A program made the translations under genes and the position numbers. Below, piece after piece: positions 8,983 through 17,792 of a stretch of DNA of 64,000 bases. The notes beneath the pieces are model-generated. The model had not been told where the DNA came from, did not search any database, and saw only the letters and a list, made by a program, of their open reading frames with translations. Location of the stretch: sequence record NC_041974.1, one strand, 5' to 3'. Numbering within the stretch: the first letter of the stretch is position 1; each line of letters begins with the position of its first letter.

Positions 8983-9537
8983 TTACTTCATACCGTCCAA
9001 CTGCTTTTGAAGTTCCTTTAACTGACGGCTTGCATCCGGCGTCTCGGCGTCATGGTCTCTGATCGCTTCAATAAACGACTTCCGTTTGCAATAAGGATAC
9101 TTCATCCATTTATCAAATGACAAACCAAATTTGCCCAAGATATCCGCACGCAGATATTCGAGCTCATACTTTCGATACCCAACTAACGCCAGCGAGTCTT
9201 CCTGCTCGACCTGTAAGATTAACGAGAGCGGCGAGGTTTCCACGTTATGGTCAATAATCCCAAACGTGTCATCGTAAAGCTCTGTTAATCGAATTAGTGG
9301 ATACTCCCAGTTCTCGGTAAGAAACGTGGGGTTTTCTAACGCGACATCCCAGGCATCGGACCGATCACTTTCGGACAGACCGAAATCCCAATGGATTAGA
9401 TGTCGGCTTGATCGAACGTCTGATTCAGTGTATTCGTCATTAGGGTAAAAAAAACCCGTGCTACGTTCAGCGGGGTGTACGCAGGGAAGGTATTGCTCAC
9501 CAGCGGCTGACGCGCCTGGCAGTTCGGGCATTTCCAA
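8983..9537 (-). CDS. Probable -1 frameshift extension of upstream CxxC chaperone (tail assembly chaperone 'T'-like / phiKZ gp76-like)
   Basis: Overlaps upstream ORF by 142 nt in the -1 frame; no SD before TTG 9537 or ATG 9531; slippery T8 in the overlap. Confidence 0.65.
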   Translation of the reverse strand: MEMPELPGASAAGEQYLPCVHPAERSTGFFYPNDEYTESDVRSSRHLIHWDFGLSESDRSDAWDVALENPTFLTENWEYPLIRLTELYDDTFGIIDHNVETSPLSLILQVEQEDSLALVGYRKYELEYLRADILGKFGLSFDKWMKYPYCKRKSFIEAIRDHDAETPDASRQLKELQKQLDGMK

Positions 9538-11024
9538 CGCGGCACCGCAACCACACCGACCGTTACCCGGTTGATGAACTTGTTCAGCTCTTCAAAGAAC
9601 GGTTTACGCATATCCGGGGTTGCACTGAATTGCTTCAGCAGTAATGCCACGTCATCGGCCGACTCAACATAGTTGCCGTCGTTGAACTCGATCTTGGTCA
9701 CCCAGTGGGCGTAACCGCGCATGGAGGACAGCGCTGCCTGTTTGTTGATGTGCTGCTCACGCTGCTCACGCGTCATGCTGTCGTTGAAGCTGTCGGTGAT
9801 CGCTTGTTGAATACCGTTGATCCAGGCATAACCCGCTGCATTCTTATCTTCGAGTGATGGCACCCGCAGATAGAACTTCACATCTTTCACAGTGATGACA
9901 TTGTCTTTCATCACTTCAAAGCCGGTCTGGTAGGCAATGACCTGCTCGACGGTACGGCCGCTGAAGTGAGACATGTGCGCACGCTGGGTTGGTGACAGAC
10001 GATTGTTGTCAATGATCGACAGACGAGAGACGTTAACTTTCGCTGCTTCAACATGCACACACTTCTTCGGATCGGCGGCACAGGCAGTGACCATGTGGTA
10101 GCCAGACTTAAAGCGTGCGCCCAGGTAGGCGTTAGCGATCAGATCAAGATCCTGCTCTTTGATTAACGGCAGCAGGGTTTTCTTATCGGAGACACCGATG
10201 CTGCTGTCAGTAACCATACCCAGCAGGAAGTCGGTCATGTGCTTACGTACCACGACATCCAGGTTGTTAAACACCAGACCGTTGGTACGACGACCGAGGA
10301 TCGCTTTCTCAGCCATGATGGCAGTTTGCATATCCACAAACTCATCATCGCCGGCAATCAGCAACGTAACCCAGATACCGGAATGTGGCAGCGGCAGATG
10401 GACATAGTCACCCATGTTCATTACACCACGTGCCCGCATCACCGCCTGTGGACCGGTCAGTAGTTTAGTGCCTTCGGTACTGCGCTTCACTGGCGGACGA
10501 GAGACACCCTGCACTTTGTTGTTGTCGAGCAGAACACCCTGCAGCCACTGTGCGCCATCTTGACGAATGGTCAGGTTCAGACCAGAACGGTACGACAGGT
10601 TGGTGATGGCGTTACTGGCCAGGGATAGCCAGATCATCGCTTTATCAGCACCGTACAGACTGACGATCTCTTTTAAGATCTTCTTGTCTTCGGTGTTGGT
10701 GTCGATCTCATTGATCAGCGCCGTCGCTGCATCGTAATCCTGATGCATAATAGACAGCACACCTTCCGTGCCGACATCCTCCATGGAATTCAGCTTTTCA
10801 ATGATCGGGTTCTGATAGAGCGGATCGAATGCCTGCTCAACGGCTTCAGCTTCGGGTGCTTCGGCATCGCCCTGCTGACCGGCTTCTGCTGGCTCGAGAT
10901 CGGTGCCAATAGTGCCAGTAGCCACCGGGGTAGCAGGACGGCCTGGATCAACTTCAGGGATACCAGAGTGGTTTTCTTCAACAGGCTCTTGCTGTGACAG
11001 AATGGATGGGTTATCACCGGACAT
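9396..11024 (-). CDS. Conserved phiKZ-like tail/baseplate assembly chaperone candidate (phiKZ gp77-like; T4 gp26-like CxxC C-terminus)
   Basis: 542 aa; acidic Pro/Ala N-terminus; C-terminal WKCPNCQARQ...ARVFF; syntenic position before vRNAP beta'. Confidence 0.6.
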   Translation of the reverse strand: MSGDNPSILSQQEPVEENHSGIPEVDPGRPATPVATGTIGTDLEPAEAGQQGDAEAPEAEAVEQAFDPLYQNPIIEKLNSMEDVGTEGVLSIMHQDYDAATALINEIDTNTEDKKILKEIVSLYGADKAMIWLSLASNAITNLSYRSGLNLTIRQDGAQWLQGVLLDNNKVQGVSRPPVKRSTEGTKLLTGPQAVMRARGVMNMGDYVHLPLPHSGIWVTLLIAGDDEFVDMQTAIMAEKAILGRRTNGLVFNNLDVVVRKHMTDFLLGMVTDSSIGVSDKKTLLPLIKEQDLDLIANAYLGARFKSGYHMVTACAADPKKCVHVEAAKVNVSRLSIIDNNRLSPTQRAHMSHFSGRTVEQVIAYQTGFEVMKDNVITVKDVKFYLRVPSLEDKNAAGYAWINGIQQAITDSFNDSMTREQREQHINKQAALSSMRGYAHWVTKIEFNDGNYVESADDVALLLKQFSATPDMRKPFFEELNKFINRVTVGVVAVPRWKCPNCQARQPLVSNTFPAYTPLNVARVFFTLMTNTLNQTFDQADI

Positions 11025-11041
11025 TATGCTTATCCTTACCT

Positions 11042-11509
11042 TTACTTTTTAGTGGGGTCGACCTGAACCGGGTCATTGAGTTTGCTTGCTGCGCCAGCGG
11101 CAACCGCGTTAGCATGGGCGCTGTCTGACATGGTCAGAATGGCAGCACCGTGACGCTGCATCGCATCCAGCAATTTACTTTGCAGGACGATGTATTGTTC
11201 GTGCACACTGAGGAAGTCAGCGATGGTGCTGTCATGCAAGGCATAACCGGTTTTGCCTTGATGCTGCTGCTTGATCATCGGCAGGGTTTCATCGATCTCT
11301 TTGACTACAGCCAGCGCCGCTTCGATGTGCGAGCTTAACGCAGAGGGGTTTGGCTGAAAGCGAATGATGTTGGTGTTGACGGCCATGAGACAAGTATTGC
11401 TCAGCTCATTGCGCAAATTAATCGTATAAGTTGCCGCAGAATCCAGGTACTCCCAGAACTGATCGGGCTGATGGACCTCTGGTGCGAGAGGCGGTTCATT
11501 GGTTGACAT
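11042..11509 (-). CDS. Conserved hypothetical helical protein (phiKZ gp78-like by synteny)
   Basis: 155 aa, RBS AAGGA on minus strand. Confidence 0.7.
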   Translation of the reverse strand: MSTNEPPLAPEVHQPDQFWEYLDSAATYTINLRNELSNTCLMAVNTNIIRFQPNPSALSSHIEAALAVVKEIDETLPMIKQQHQGKTGYALHDSTIADFLSVHEQYIVLQSKLLDAMQRHGAAILTMSDSAHANAVAAGAASKLNDPVQVDPTKK

Positions 11510-11601
11510 AACGGGTCCTTGAGGTGATTTATCTTGTGGCTTACATATATTGACACTACTAATGTCAACAATTACAACGTTTATACGGAAAAGGCACGGT
11601 C

Positions 11602-12513
11602 ATGAGTGATTTTACTGACTTAACGAAATTGAAGACCGAATTACCACAAAACATCCAAAAGATTGATGAGCAGGATGATGTGGGTGACTTCAGCGATCTT
11701 AACGACTACCTCATGACCATCATTCCGGATGAACGGCGTGAGCGCTTGATCGCGATCTGTCAAAACCTGAGCACCCTGCAGTATCATCAAGTCCAGCCCG
11801 ATGTGGATCGGTTACTGATGATGGCCAACGACGGTGAAGCGCCGTCGGTACTCGATGACCTGACCCGGTTGTTATTTGAACACGCTTATGACTTAACGAA
11901 AAACATGGGCTTTAACTGGGCTGATGAGATTGAGTTTGATCAATTATTCCTGCTCGGTGATGTAATCGAAGGCGCCATGTTGATTGATGGCATGGAAGAC
12001 TACGGCGACCTCTCAGCGATCCTGGATGGTGATGACTCAGTTGAAGAGAAGGTGGTGGATATCTGGGGCCTGGTGCTCGACAAAGACATGCACCATCTCT
12101 TTGAACAGATCCAGTCCATTGAACCGGCAGTGATCAGCGGGATCAAACAAGTCACGACCCGCCCGTATGCCGAAGACGATTATGCGGATGTCCAGCGTCC
12201 ACTTGAGTTCGTGGTTGAGCGGTTGGTGAAAGTTCGTGAGATGATGAAGACCGATGGCATTGCTTACCAGCATGTGGCCAAGGGTGGAGCATTAGGCGTT
12301 GAGCTCGATTCACTGATTACGCTCTACACCCCTGAGCTGAATGCCGTGACCGATCCGATCGAACTGACCGACCTGCTGGTTGCCTTTACCCTGATCAGCA
12401 ACACCCCAGATGGTTTGGTGAAATCCACCGCATCCCGGCTGGCAGAAAAATGGATTGATGATATCGAAGTCATCAATGTGGTAGGTAAACATATCGACAG
12501 GTATCCCGTGTGA
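11602..12513 (+). CDS. Acidic conserved hypothetical protein (phiKZ gp79-like by synteny)
   Basis: 303 aa, coupled (GTGA overlap) to RNAP subunit. Confidence 0.7.
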   Translation: MSDFTDLTKLKTELPQNIQKIDEQDDVGDFSDLNDYLMTIIPDERRERLIAICQNLSTLQYHQVQPDVDRLLMMANDGEAPSVLDDLTRLLFEHAYDLTKNMGFNWADEIEFDQLFLLGDVIEGAMLIDGMEDYGDLSAILDGDDSVEEKVVDIWGLVLDKDMHHLFEQIQSIEPAVISGIKQVTTRPYAEDDYADVQRPLEFVVERLVKVREMMKTDGIAYQHVAKGGALGVELDSLITLYTPELNAVTDPIELTDLLVAFTLISNTPDGLVKSTASRLAEKWIDDIEVINVVGKHIDRYPV

Positions 12514-13820
12514 ATATTCGCGACTATTTAATCATGGCCTTTCGGGCAGGGGCTTACAAGCAACGCCAGTGGGTGTTGAGTGTCATGAGTATCACCCAGA
12601 CCCCGGATGGTAAATCCGTAGCAGACAGTATGATCCCGTATCAGGCACACCGCATCAACATCGGCGCGACCCTCGATTGGGCTTACTGGGACGACTTCAA
12701 CAAAACCTTTGTGCCGATTGAGGGAGTGGATGTTAACTTCCCGTTGTTTCGACCCGAGGATCAATACACACTACAACCTGGGGATTTTGCCAATGTCACT
12801 GAAGAAGTTACTACTACTTTCGGCCGTATTCTGGCTAACCATTATTATTTTATCGATGTGGTCGGTGAACGTGTCCCATTTCAGAACGTAGAATTCAACC
12901 GTGGGATGTTGGAGAAGATCTACAAGGCCCGGGTATTAGAAGATGCCCAGGACTTGCGGCGCTCTGATCCGTTCTACCTGACCGTCGATGAATTCAAACG
13001 CTCCGTGGATAATGGCTTTGCCTTGGGTGGGTTGTCGAAACTCTGTGTACCGACTGCTTGTCCGGAAACCATGTATCCGCCGAAGTTCATCATCGAGATG
13101 CGTGACCGTCTGTTTGAAGAGCACAAGGATGAGCTCAACAACCCGGTGGTCATGGGGCGTATTCAGGATGAGCTGTTAAAGCATTATCGTGAGTTCCTGA
13201 TGTCCACCCCGTCAGCCAAGTTCTTTGTGATCAAGAAGACCATCGACCAGGCCTTCAACAACATGTTCCTGACCGGCGGTATTGCCGGGGCTTTTGGCGG
13301 TAACACGGTTATTACCAACTCGCTGTACGAAGGCTGGAACCTGAAGAACTTCCCGGCGTTAGTGAATGGCTCTATCGAAGCTTCCTTTGACCGCGGTGCG
13401 GCTACAGCCGACGGTGGTGAGAAAGTGAAGATGTTGATCCGTGCCACGCAGAACATCCGTATCACCGATGATGATTGCGGGACCCAGCTCGGGGTGCCGT
13501 GGGTGATTGAAGATGCCGGCAAGGCACGCTTCATTAACTCTTACATACTGGATAAAGGTGTGACGATTCTGTTAACCCCGGAGAACATTGATAAGTTCGT
13601 CGGTAAGCCGGTCATGACCCGATCACCCAGCTTCTGTAAGAAATCCCATGGCGACTCCTGTAAGTTCTGCGTCGGGGCACATAACGCCACCAACCCACGC
13701 GGGATGTCTTCTGGCACCTCGAAGATCGGTTCTACCCTGATGTTGCTCAGTATGAAGGCAATGCACAAGGGGTCAAAAATAGACTTAATTGAATATAATC
13801 TCGATGAAGTCTTCAATTGA
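12510..13820 (+). CDS. Virion RNA polymerase beta'-like subunit, C-terminal piece (phiKZ gp80-like)
   Basis: beta' motifs: bridge-helix-like EASFDRGAATADGG, DDCGT, RSPSFC...SCKFCVG Zn site, trigger-loop-like IGSTLMLLSMKAMH. Confidence 0.9.
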   Translation: MNIRDYLIMAFRAGAYKQRQWVLSVMSITQTPDGKSVADSMIPYQAHRINIGATLDWAYWDDFNKTFVPIEGVDVNFPLFRPEDQYTLQPGDFANVTEEVTTTFGRILANHYYFIDVVGERVPFQNVEFNRGMLEKIYKARVLEDAQDLRRSDPFYLTVDEFKRSVDNGFALGGLSKLCVPTACPETMYPPKFIIEMRDRLFEEHKDELNNPVVMGRIQDELLKHYREFLMSTPSAKFFVIKKTIDQAFNNMFLTGGIAGAFGGNTVITNSLYEGWNLKNFPALVNGSIEASFDRGAATADGGEKVKMLIRATQNIRITDDDCGTQLGVPWVIEDAGKARFINSYILDKGVTILLTPENIDKFVGKPVMTRSPSFCKKSHGDSCKFCVGAHNATNPRGMSSGTSKIGSTLMLLSMKAMHKGSKIDLIEYNLDEVFN

Positions 13821-13828
13821 GGATATCT

Positions 13829-13842
13829 GAAACCTACATTAT
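13829..13842 (+). promoter_or_regulatory. Putative phage early promoter
   Basis: GAAACCTACATTAT just after RNAP stop, ahead of accessory island; resembles the AAACCTACATTAT early motif I recall for phiKZ-like phage EL. Confidence 0.65.
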
Positions 13843-13874
13843 AAGAGGGAGATATCTTTTATAAGGAACGTATC

Positions 13875-14591
13875 ATGTATGGTTTATTAATCCTCGCCTT
13901 GCCTCTGTCACCGTACGTCCACATGAGTGCGATGACTGAGGAACAATTCCAGAAACGCCTCCCGCAATTCATCAAAGACCTGGAAGCCGACATCTTCCCC
14001 AACGTCTGTTTCCAGGGTGCCTTTAACGTCAGCAACACCCGCACGGTCACTCAGCTGTTCATTCCGTGTAACGGCTTGGTGTCAGCACGGGAACTGGCGT
14101 ATGAACAGATCCGTAATATTCTTGCTAACCCAGAGAAAGAAGTCCAGCACGTCACCAACATCGGTGATTGGTTAGGTCGTCCGGGTAAGGTGATGTTTGA
14201 TAATGCGGATGGGTCTGTGGATGAGGTCGTTGTGACCGACATGTACAAATATCTGGTACACGAGAGAAGAGAGCGTTCTGTCTTTCGGTTCAGTCCGGTT
14301 GATCTCAGTATCACCGATACCGAACCATTACCAACTCACCTCTACCCGCGTGATCATTTCTACGACCAGGTCTACATCGACAAAGACGGTGAGCGTGCTT
14401 TCCTGTCTTACGGGTCGTGCGGTGAGGAAGGCTGTGCCATAGAGCCGGGCGAAGAGAAGCCCGTGCAAGTGTACGGCGTTACCTACTCGTCACTGGATGA
14501 AGCGGCCCGATGCTATAACCTGCCTGAGCAGTACGTGAAAGAACGCGTTGAATCTGACAGCCTTGAATGGCTGGAGTGGTCATATTTGTAA
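13875..14591 (+). CDS. Degenerate GIY-YIG-like protein with C-terminal NUMOD1-like DNA-binding motif (paralogue of 18137..18919)
   Basis: QKRLPQFIKDL...NVCFQGAFN resembles GIY-YIG core; TNIGDWL shared with paralogue; KPVQVYGVTYSSLDEAAR is NUMOD1-like. Confidence 0.55.
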   Translation: MYGLLILALPLSPYVHMSAMTEEQFQKRLPQFIKDLEADIFPNVCFQGAFNVSNTRTVTQLFIPCNGLVSARELAYEQIRNILANPEKEVQHVTNIGDWLGRPGKVMFDNADGSVDEVVVTDMYKYLVHERRERSVFRFSPVDLSITDTEPLPTHLYPRDHFYDQVYIDKDGERAFLSYGSCGEEGCAIEPGEEKPVQVYGVTYSSLDEAARCYNLPEQYVKERVESDSLEWLEWSYL

Positions 14592-14719
14592 AAGTATTTG
14601 GGGATGAGACGCAGAGCTGATTCCCATCTACGGTAAGTTGTTCAAGGAAGCAGCAAACCGGTTATAAAAAATGAAAGGGTTTTCGTAAGATAGTCAGTGC
14701 TCCGTACCCGAGACAATAC

Positions 14720-14917
14720 ATGACCACAAACCCGCAGTTTATTTTCGTGGCTCAGAATTCTGATGCTACACACAGCGTAGAGAAACTGGAAGTAGGACGC
14801 GATACCGATACCCAGAAGAACCTCACGGAACTTCGTAAAGGTTTGCCGTTCGACTTCTCGTTTATCATGTCTGAAGAGGCGATCTATCAACTTCGACAGG
14901 CAGGGCACATCAACTAA
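14720..14917 (+). CDS. Small hypothetical protein
   Basis: 65-aa ORF filling the gap before the tad2-like gene; weak RBS. Confidence 0.45.
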   Translation: MTTNPQFIFVAQNSDATHSVEKLEVGRDTDTQKNLTELRKGLPFDFSFIMSEEAIYQLRQAGHIN

Positions 14918-14932
14918 ACTGCTGAGGTAGTC

Positions 14933-15385
14933 ATGACGAACAAATCGGAGATCTCACACGGTGGTGGTGATCAGCCTATGGAAAAAGAGCAAAGCAACTT
15001 ATCCGTACTGGTGAACTACTCCACAGGTGTGATGGAAGGTGACCGTTTTAATTACTCGGTTGCATTGGCGCTGTTGAAAGACGGCATCAAAGTGAAACGC
15101 GAAGACTGGAAGAACGCTTTCCTGGTATTCGTCCCGGGTAGTCAGAATGTTGAACTGCCAAAAGGGTCGCCGTATGAAGTCGCACTCCACGGTAAGAAGT
15201 CCGTTGCCAATATTCGTCCGCACATCGATCTGTACACGGAGTACGGTGAATTCGAAGTCGGTTGGACCGCCAACCAGGAAGACACCAACGCCGATGACTG
15301 GATGATTGTCTTAGACAAGAACACCAATCAAGACGACAGTGCCGACGAAGAGAAAGAGTCTTCACAAGACGACTCGAAGTCATAA
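14933..15385 (+). CDS. tad2: DUF2829 / Tad2-like anti-defence nucleotide-signal sponge
   Basis: FNYSVALALLKDGIKVKREDWK...RPHIDLYTEYGEFEVGWTANQEDTNADDWMIV matches the DUF2829 pattern F..AL..LK.G.KV.R.GW...P.ID.....G....W..SQ.D..A.DW. Confidence 0.75.
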   Translation: MTNKSEISHGGGDQPMEKEQSNLSVLVNYSTGVMEGDRFNYSVALALLKDGIKVKREDWKNAFLVFVPGSQNVELPKGSPYEVALHGKKSVANIRPHIDLYTEYGEFEVGWTANQEDTNADDWMIVLDKNTNQDDSADEEKESSQDDSKS

Positions 15386-15390
15386 ACTCC

Positions 15391-15419
15391 AGGAGAGCTT
15401 CGGCTCTCCTTTTATGCCC
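15391..15419 (+). terminator. Hairpin followed by TTATGCCC
   Basis: AGGAGAGC-ttcg-GCTCTCCT TTTATGCCC. Confidence 0.75.
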
Positions 15420-15434
15420 ATTAAGGAACATGTC

Positions 15435-15794
15435 ATGAGTGAAAAGAAAGCGTTCGAAGTGGTATTGGATAGCCGTCATGAACCGTACGAGGCTTACCAG
15501 TTATTAGTGGCGCGTATCAATACGTTATTACGCACCGGTCAAGGCTACCATGAAGTGAAACTCACGAAGTGGCAGCTTTACGATAACGGTCTTCTTATCA
15601 AAGGAGATGATGATGTGCATATCTCCTTGTTGCGTCATTTCTATTACGACGAACAACGCAATACGTTTGGTGGTGGCTTCATGGCCTTTGAGATCCTGGA
15701 AGATTTGGGTCGGTACTACAAAGTGCCCGATATCACAGAAGGGATGGGCGAGAACGTTGGCCTCGTCTTCACGGTCACGGTAACCACACCATAA
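15435..15794 (+). CDS. Unknown paralogue 1 of tandem 'V.VT(A/K)W...GD' family
   Basis: RBS TAAGGA before ATG 15435; EVKLTKWQLYDNGLLIKGDDDVHISLLRHFYYD. Confidence 0.7.
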   Translation: MSEKKAFEVVLDSRHEPYEAYQLLVARINTLLRTGQGYHEVKLTKWQLYDNGLLIKGDDDVHISLLRHFYYDEQRNTFGGGFMAFEILEDLGRYYKVPDITEGMGENVGLVFTVTVTTP

Positions 15795-15800
15795 GAGGTT

Positions 15801-16169
15801 GTGATGAAACCACTCTTCGCCATGAAGTTTGATACCCGGGATGCGGGATTAGGGGATCAACTCGATCTCTTGCAATCACGGGTGAAGGCTTACTCTAAAC
15901 ACGGCACCATGATCAAAGATGTGGCGGTGACTGCCTGGGTGGTCTGTTCGGATAACATGCCAGTTGCCGGTGATGACCCTGCTCATGTCAGCATTATCCA
16001 CCGTTACCGTTACGACATCGAACAGCAGTGTGTGGTCGGTGGGGTCAGTGCCATGGATGCTCTGCGTGAGATCTGGTCGGCGTATGGTCCTGACTCTACC
16101 CTCCCACCGTTCAGCCGGATACCCGGTGCTGTCGATATGCAATTTACCTTAACTGTGTTCACTATTTAA
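15801..16169 (+). CDS. Unknown paralogue 2
   Basis: RBS GAGG; DVAVTAWVVCSDNMPVAGDDPAHVSIIHRYRYD. Confidence 0.7.
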   Translation: MMKPLFAMKFDTRDAGLGDQLDLLQSRVKAYSKHGTMIKDVAVTAWVVCSDNMPVAGDDPAHVSIIHRYRYDIEQQCVVGGVSAMDALREIWSAYGPDSTLPPFSRIPGAVDMQFTLTVFTI

Positions 16170-16182
16170 AGGAGATACCCTC

Positions 16183-16572
16183 ATGGGAGTTTCTGCTGCT
16201 GCTCGTCGTTCTAAAGAAGGGGTGTTTACCCGTAGCATTGAAGTGCGTCCAGACCACTGGAAACGGGATATCACTGATTTAGGACTGGATGTCCATAACC
16301 TGGTGTTGTGTAAACAGGAGATCGTGTCAGTGACCGTCACGGCTTGGCGGGCGTATGACGAGTGCGGGGTACTGCGCGGCAGTGCCAAAGAGTTGAAGTT
16401 AGACATTACGGAATGGTTCCTCGGCGACAAAGGCCCGGTCATTAATGATGCGATCAAACCTCTCACGTTTGCCTTCATCATTAATCAACAACGCAGCCAA
16501 CGCACGCCCTGGGTAAAAGATGTCCGCTTAGGGCTTAACCTGTCCATTGTCTACAAGAGGATTCAGCAATAA
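16183..16572 (+). CDS. Unknown paralogue 3
   Basis: RBS AAGGAG; SVTVTAWRAYDECGVLRG. Confidence 0.7.
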   Translation: MGVSAAARRSKEGVFTRSIEVRPDHWKRDITDLGLDVHNLVLCKQEIVSVTVTAWRAYDECGVLRGSAKELKLDITEWFLGDKGPVINDAIKPLTFAFIINQQRSQRTPWVKDVRLGLNLSIVYKRIQQ

Positions 16573-16916
16573 TGGAAATTGTCCACCAACTCGATCTTAG
16601 CCACGGCTGGGAACCCTTCAACCGCCTGAAAGCCGCCTTTGCCAAGAAACCCCCGGAGGCAATCTACATCACTGCCTGGGTCGCTCATGGCTATAAAGGA
16701 AACCTCATCGGTGATGAGCAAGTGGTGAAAGGGTCGTGCCAGGAGTGTCGGATTGATGTGACCCACATCTTCTTCCCCAGTCGGCCTGAGATCTTGATTG
16801 GTTTGTCGAGCTTCATTAACACCATTAATCGTGACGGGCCGGTGAAGATCCCGGCCTGGACCGGATCGATTACTCTTTGTCTTGAATTAGCGATAAGTTA
16901 TACGGATAGAATTTAA
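16572..16916 (+). CDS. Unknown paralogue 4
   Basis: TAATG coupling; AIYITAWVAHGYKGNLIGD. Confidence 0.65.
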   Translation: MEIVHQLDLSHGWEPFNRLKAAFAKKPPEAIYITAWVAHGYKGNLIGDEQVVKGSCQECRIDVTHIFFPSRPEILIGLSSFINTINRDGPVKIPAWTGSITLCLELAISYTDRI

Positions 16917-17023
16917 TCGGCATATATTCTGTCTCGTTAGCGTAAGCTCGCTAAAAACCCTTTTAAAGTTTTGTATAACAAACTATCAACTTTGTAGAAA
17001 GAAACAAATAGGAAATTAATCTC

Positions 17024-17734
17024 ATGTTGCATGAAAACTTTGAAGCCTTAGTGGCGAACATCGCCAACCAAATCAATCAGCTGGAACCCGAGGATCTGCC
17101 GTCACTGATCCTGACCAAGAGCGGGGTCTACATCAACGACAAGCGCCACGATCGCACTCGTCTACTGCTGAACCTGTTTACCCCCCAGCCCGGGCACACG
17201 CACGACGTGACCTTCGATCAAGAGCTGCAGGATGCCTTCGCTCACAACAACCTGGAGTTTATCAAAGTCGGTGAAGGGATCGCCTACGGACTACTGCGTA
17301 CCAGTATCGTTAACAACGAACCCGCGGTGTTCTGGATTCACGCCGATGTCTCCGATGATGCATCATTACTGAAGCAAGCCTGGGATATCATCACCGACCT
17401 GAAGAAGAATGCGGGTTACCCCCAGGCGTTTAACATTGACGTGCTCGACGTAAGCTGGCATGCGTTAAGCTGGGCACAACTGCTGGGGACTTTGCTTGAC
17501 CGCACTGACCCGACACGCCGGTTTCGTTTGGCAACTAACGCTGACTACGATTTTGTGTTATCCCAGAAAGCCATCACGTACTACCAGGAGACGTTGAGTA
17601 AACGTCCGATGGCACCGGTTGCTTACCTCGATGACACTAACTTGTTTAACGGTGGCGACTTTAACGACAGTGATCGCAACTGGGCAATCGCCCCGAACGA
17701 CAGCACCCGCCCTATCGTGAAGGTGTATGTTTAA
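17024..17734 (+). CDS. Hypothetical protein
   Basis: 236-aa ORF after AT-rich intergenic region, RBS AGGA. Confidence 0.75.
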   Translation: MLHENFEALVANIANQINQLEPEDLPSLILTKSGVYINDKRHDRTRLLLNLFTPQPGHTHDVTFDQELQDAFAHNNLEFIKVGEGIAYGLLRTSIVNNEPAVFWIHADVSDDASLLKQAWDIITDLKKNAGYPQAFNIDVLDVSWHALSWAQLLGTLLDRTDPTRRFRLATNADYDFVLSQKAITYYQETLSKRPMAPVAYLDDTNLFNGGDFNDSDRNWAIAPNDSTRPIVKVYV

Positions 17735-17792
17735 ATAAACACAAGCTCCAGATGGTATACTTGGAAACATTTATTGATCTGGAGCCCCAGCC

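Noticed and set aside
12510-13820. Intein or intron in RNAP, DNA polymerase or DnaB genes
   Set aside because: ORFs are continuous, with no C/S...HN splice motifs or LAGLIDADG/HNH inserts visible
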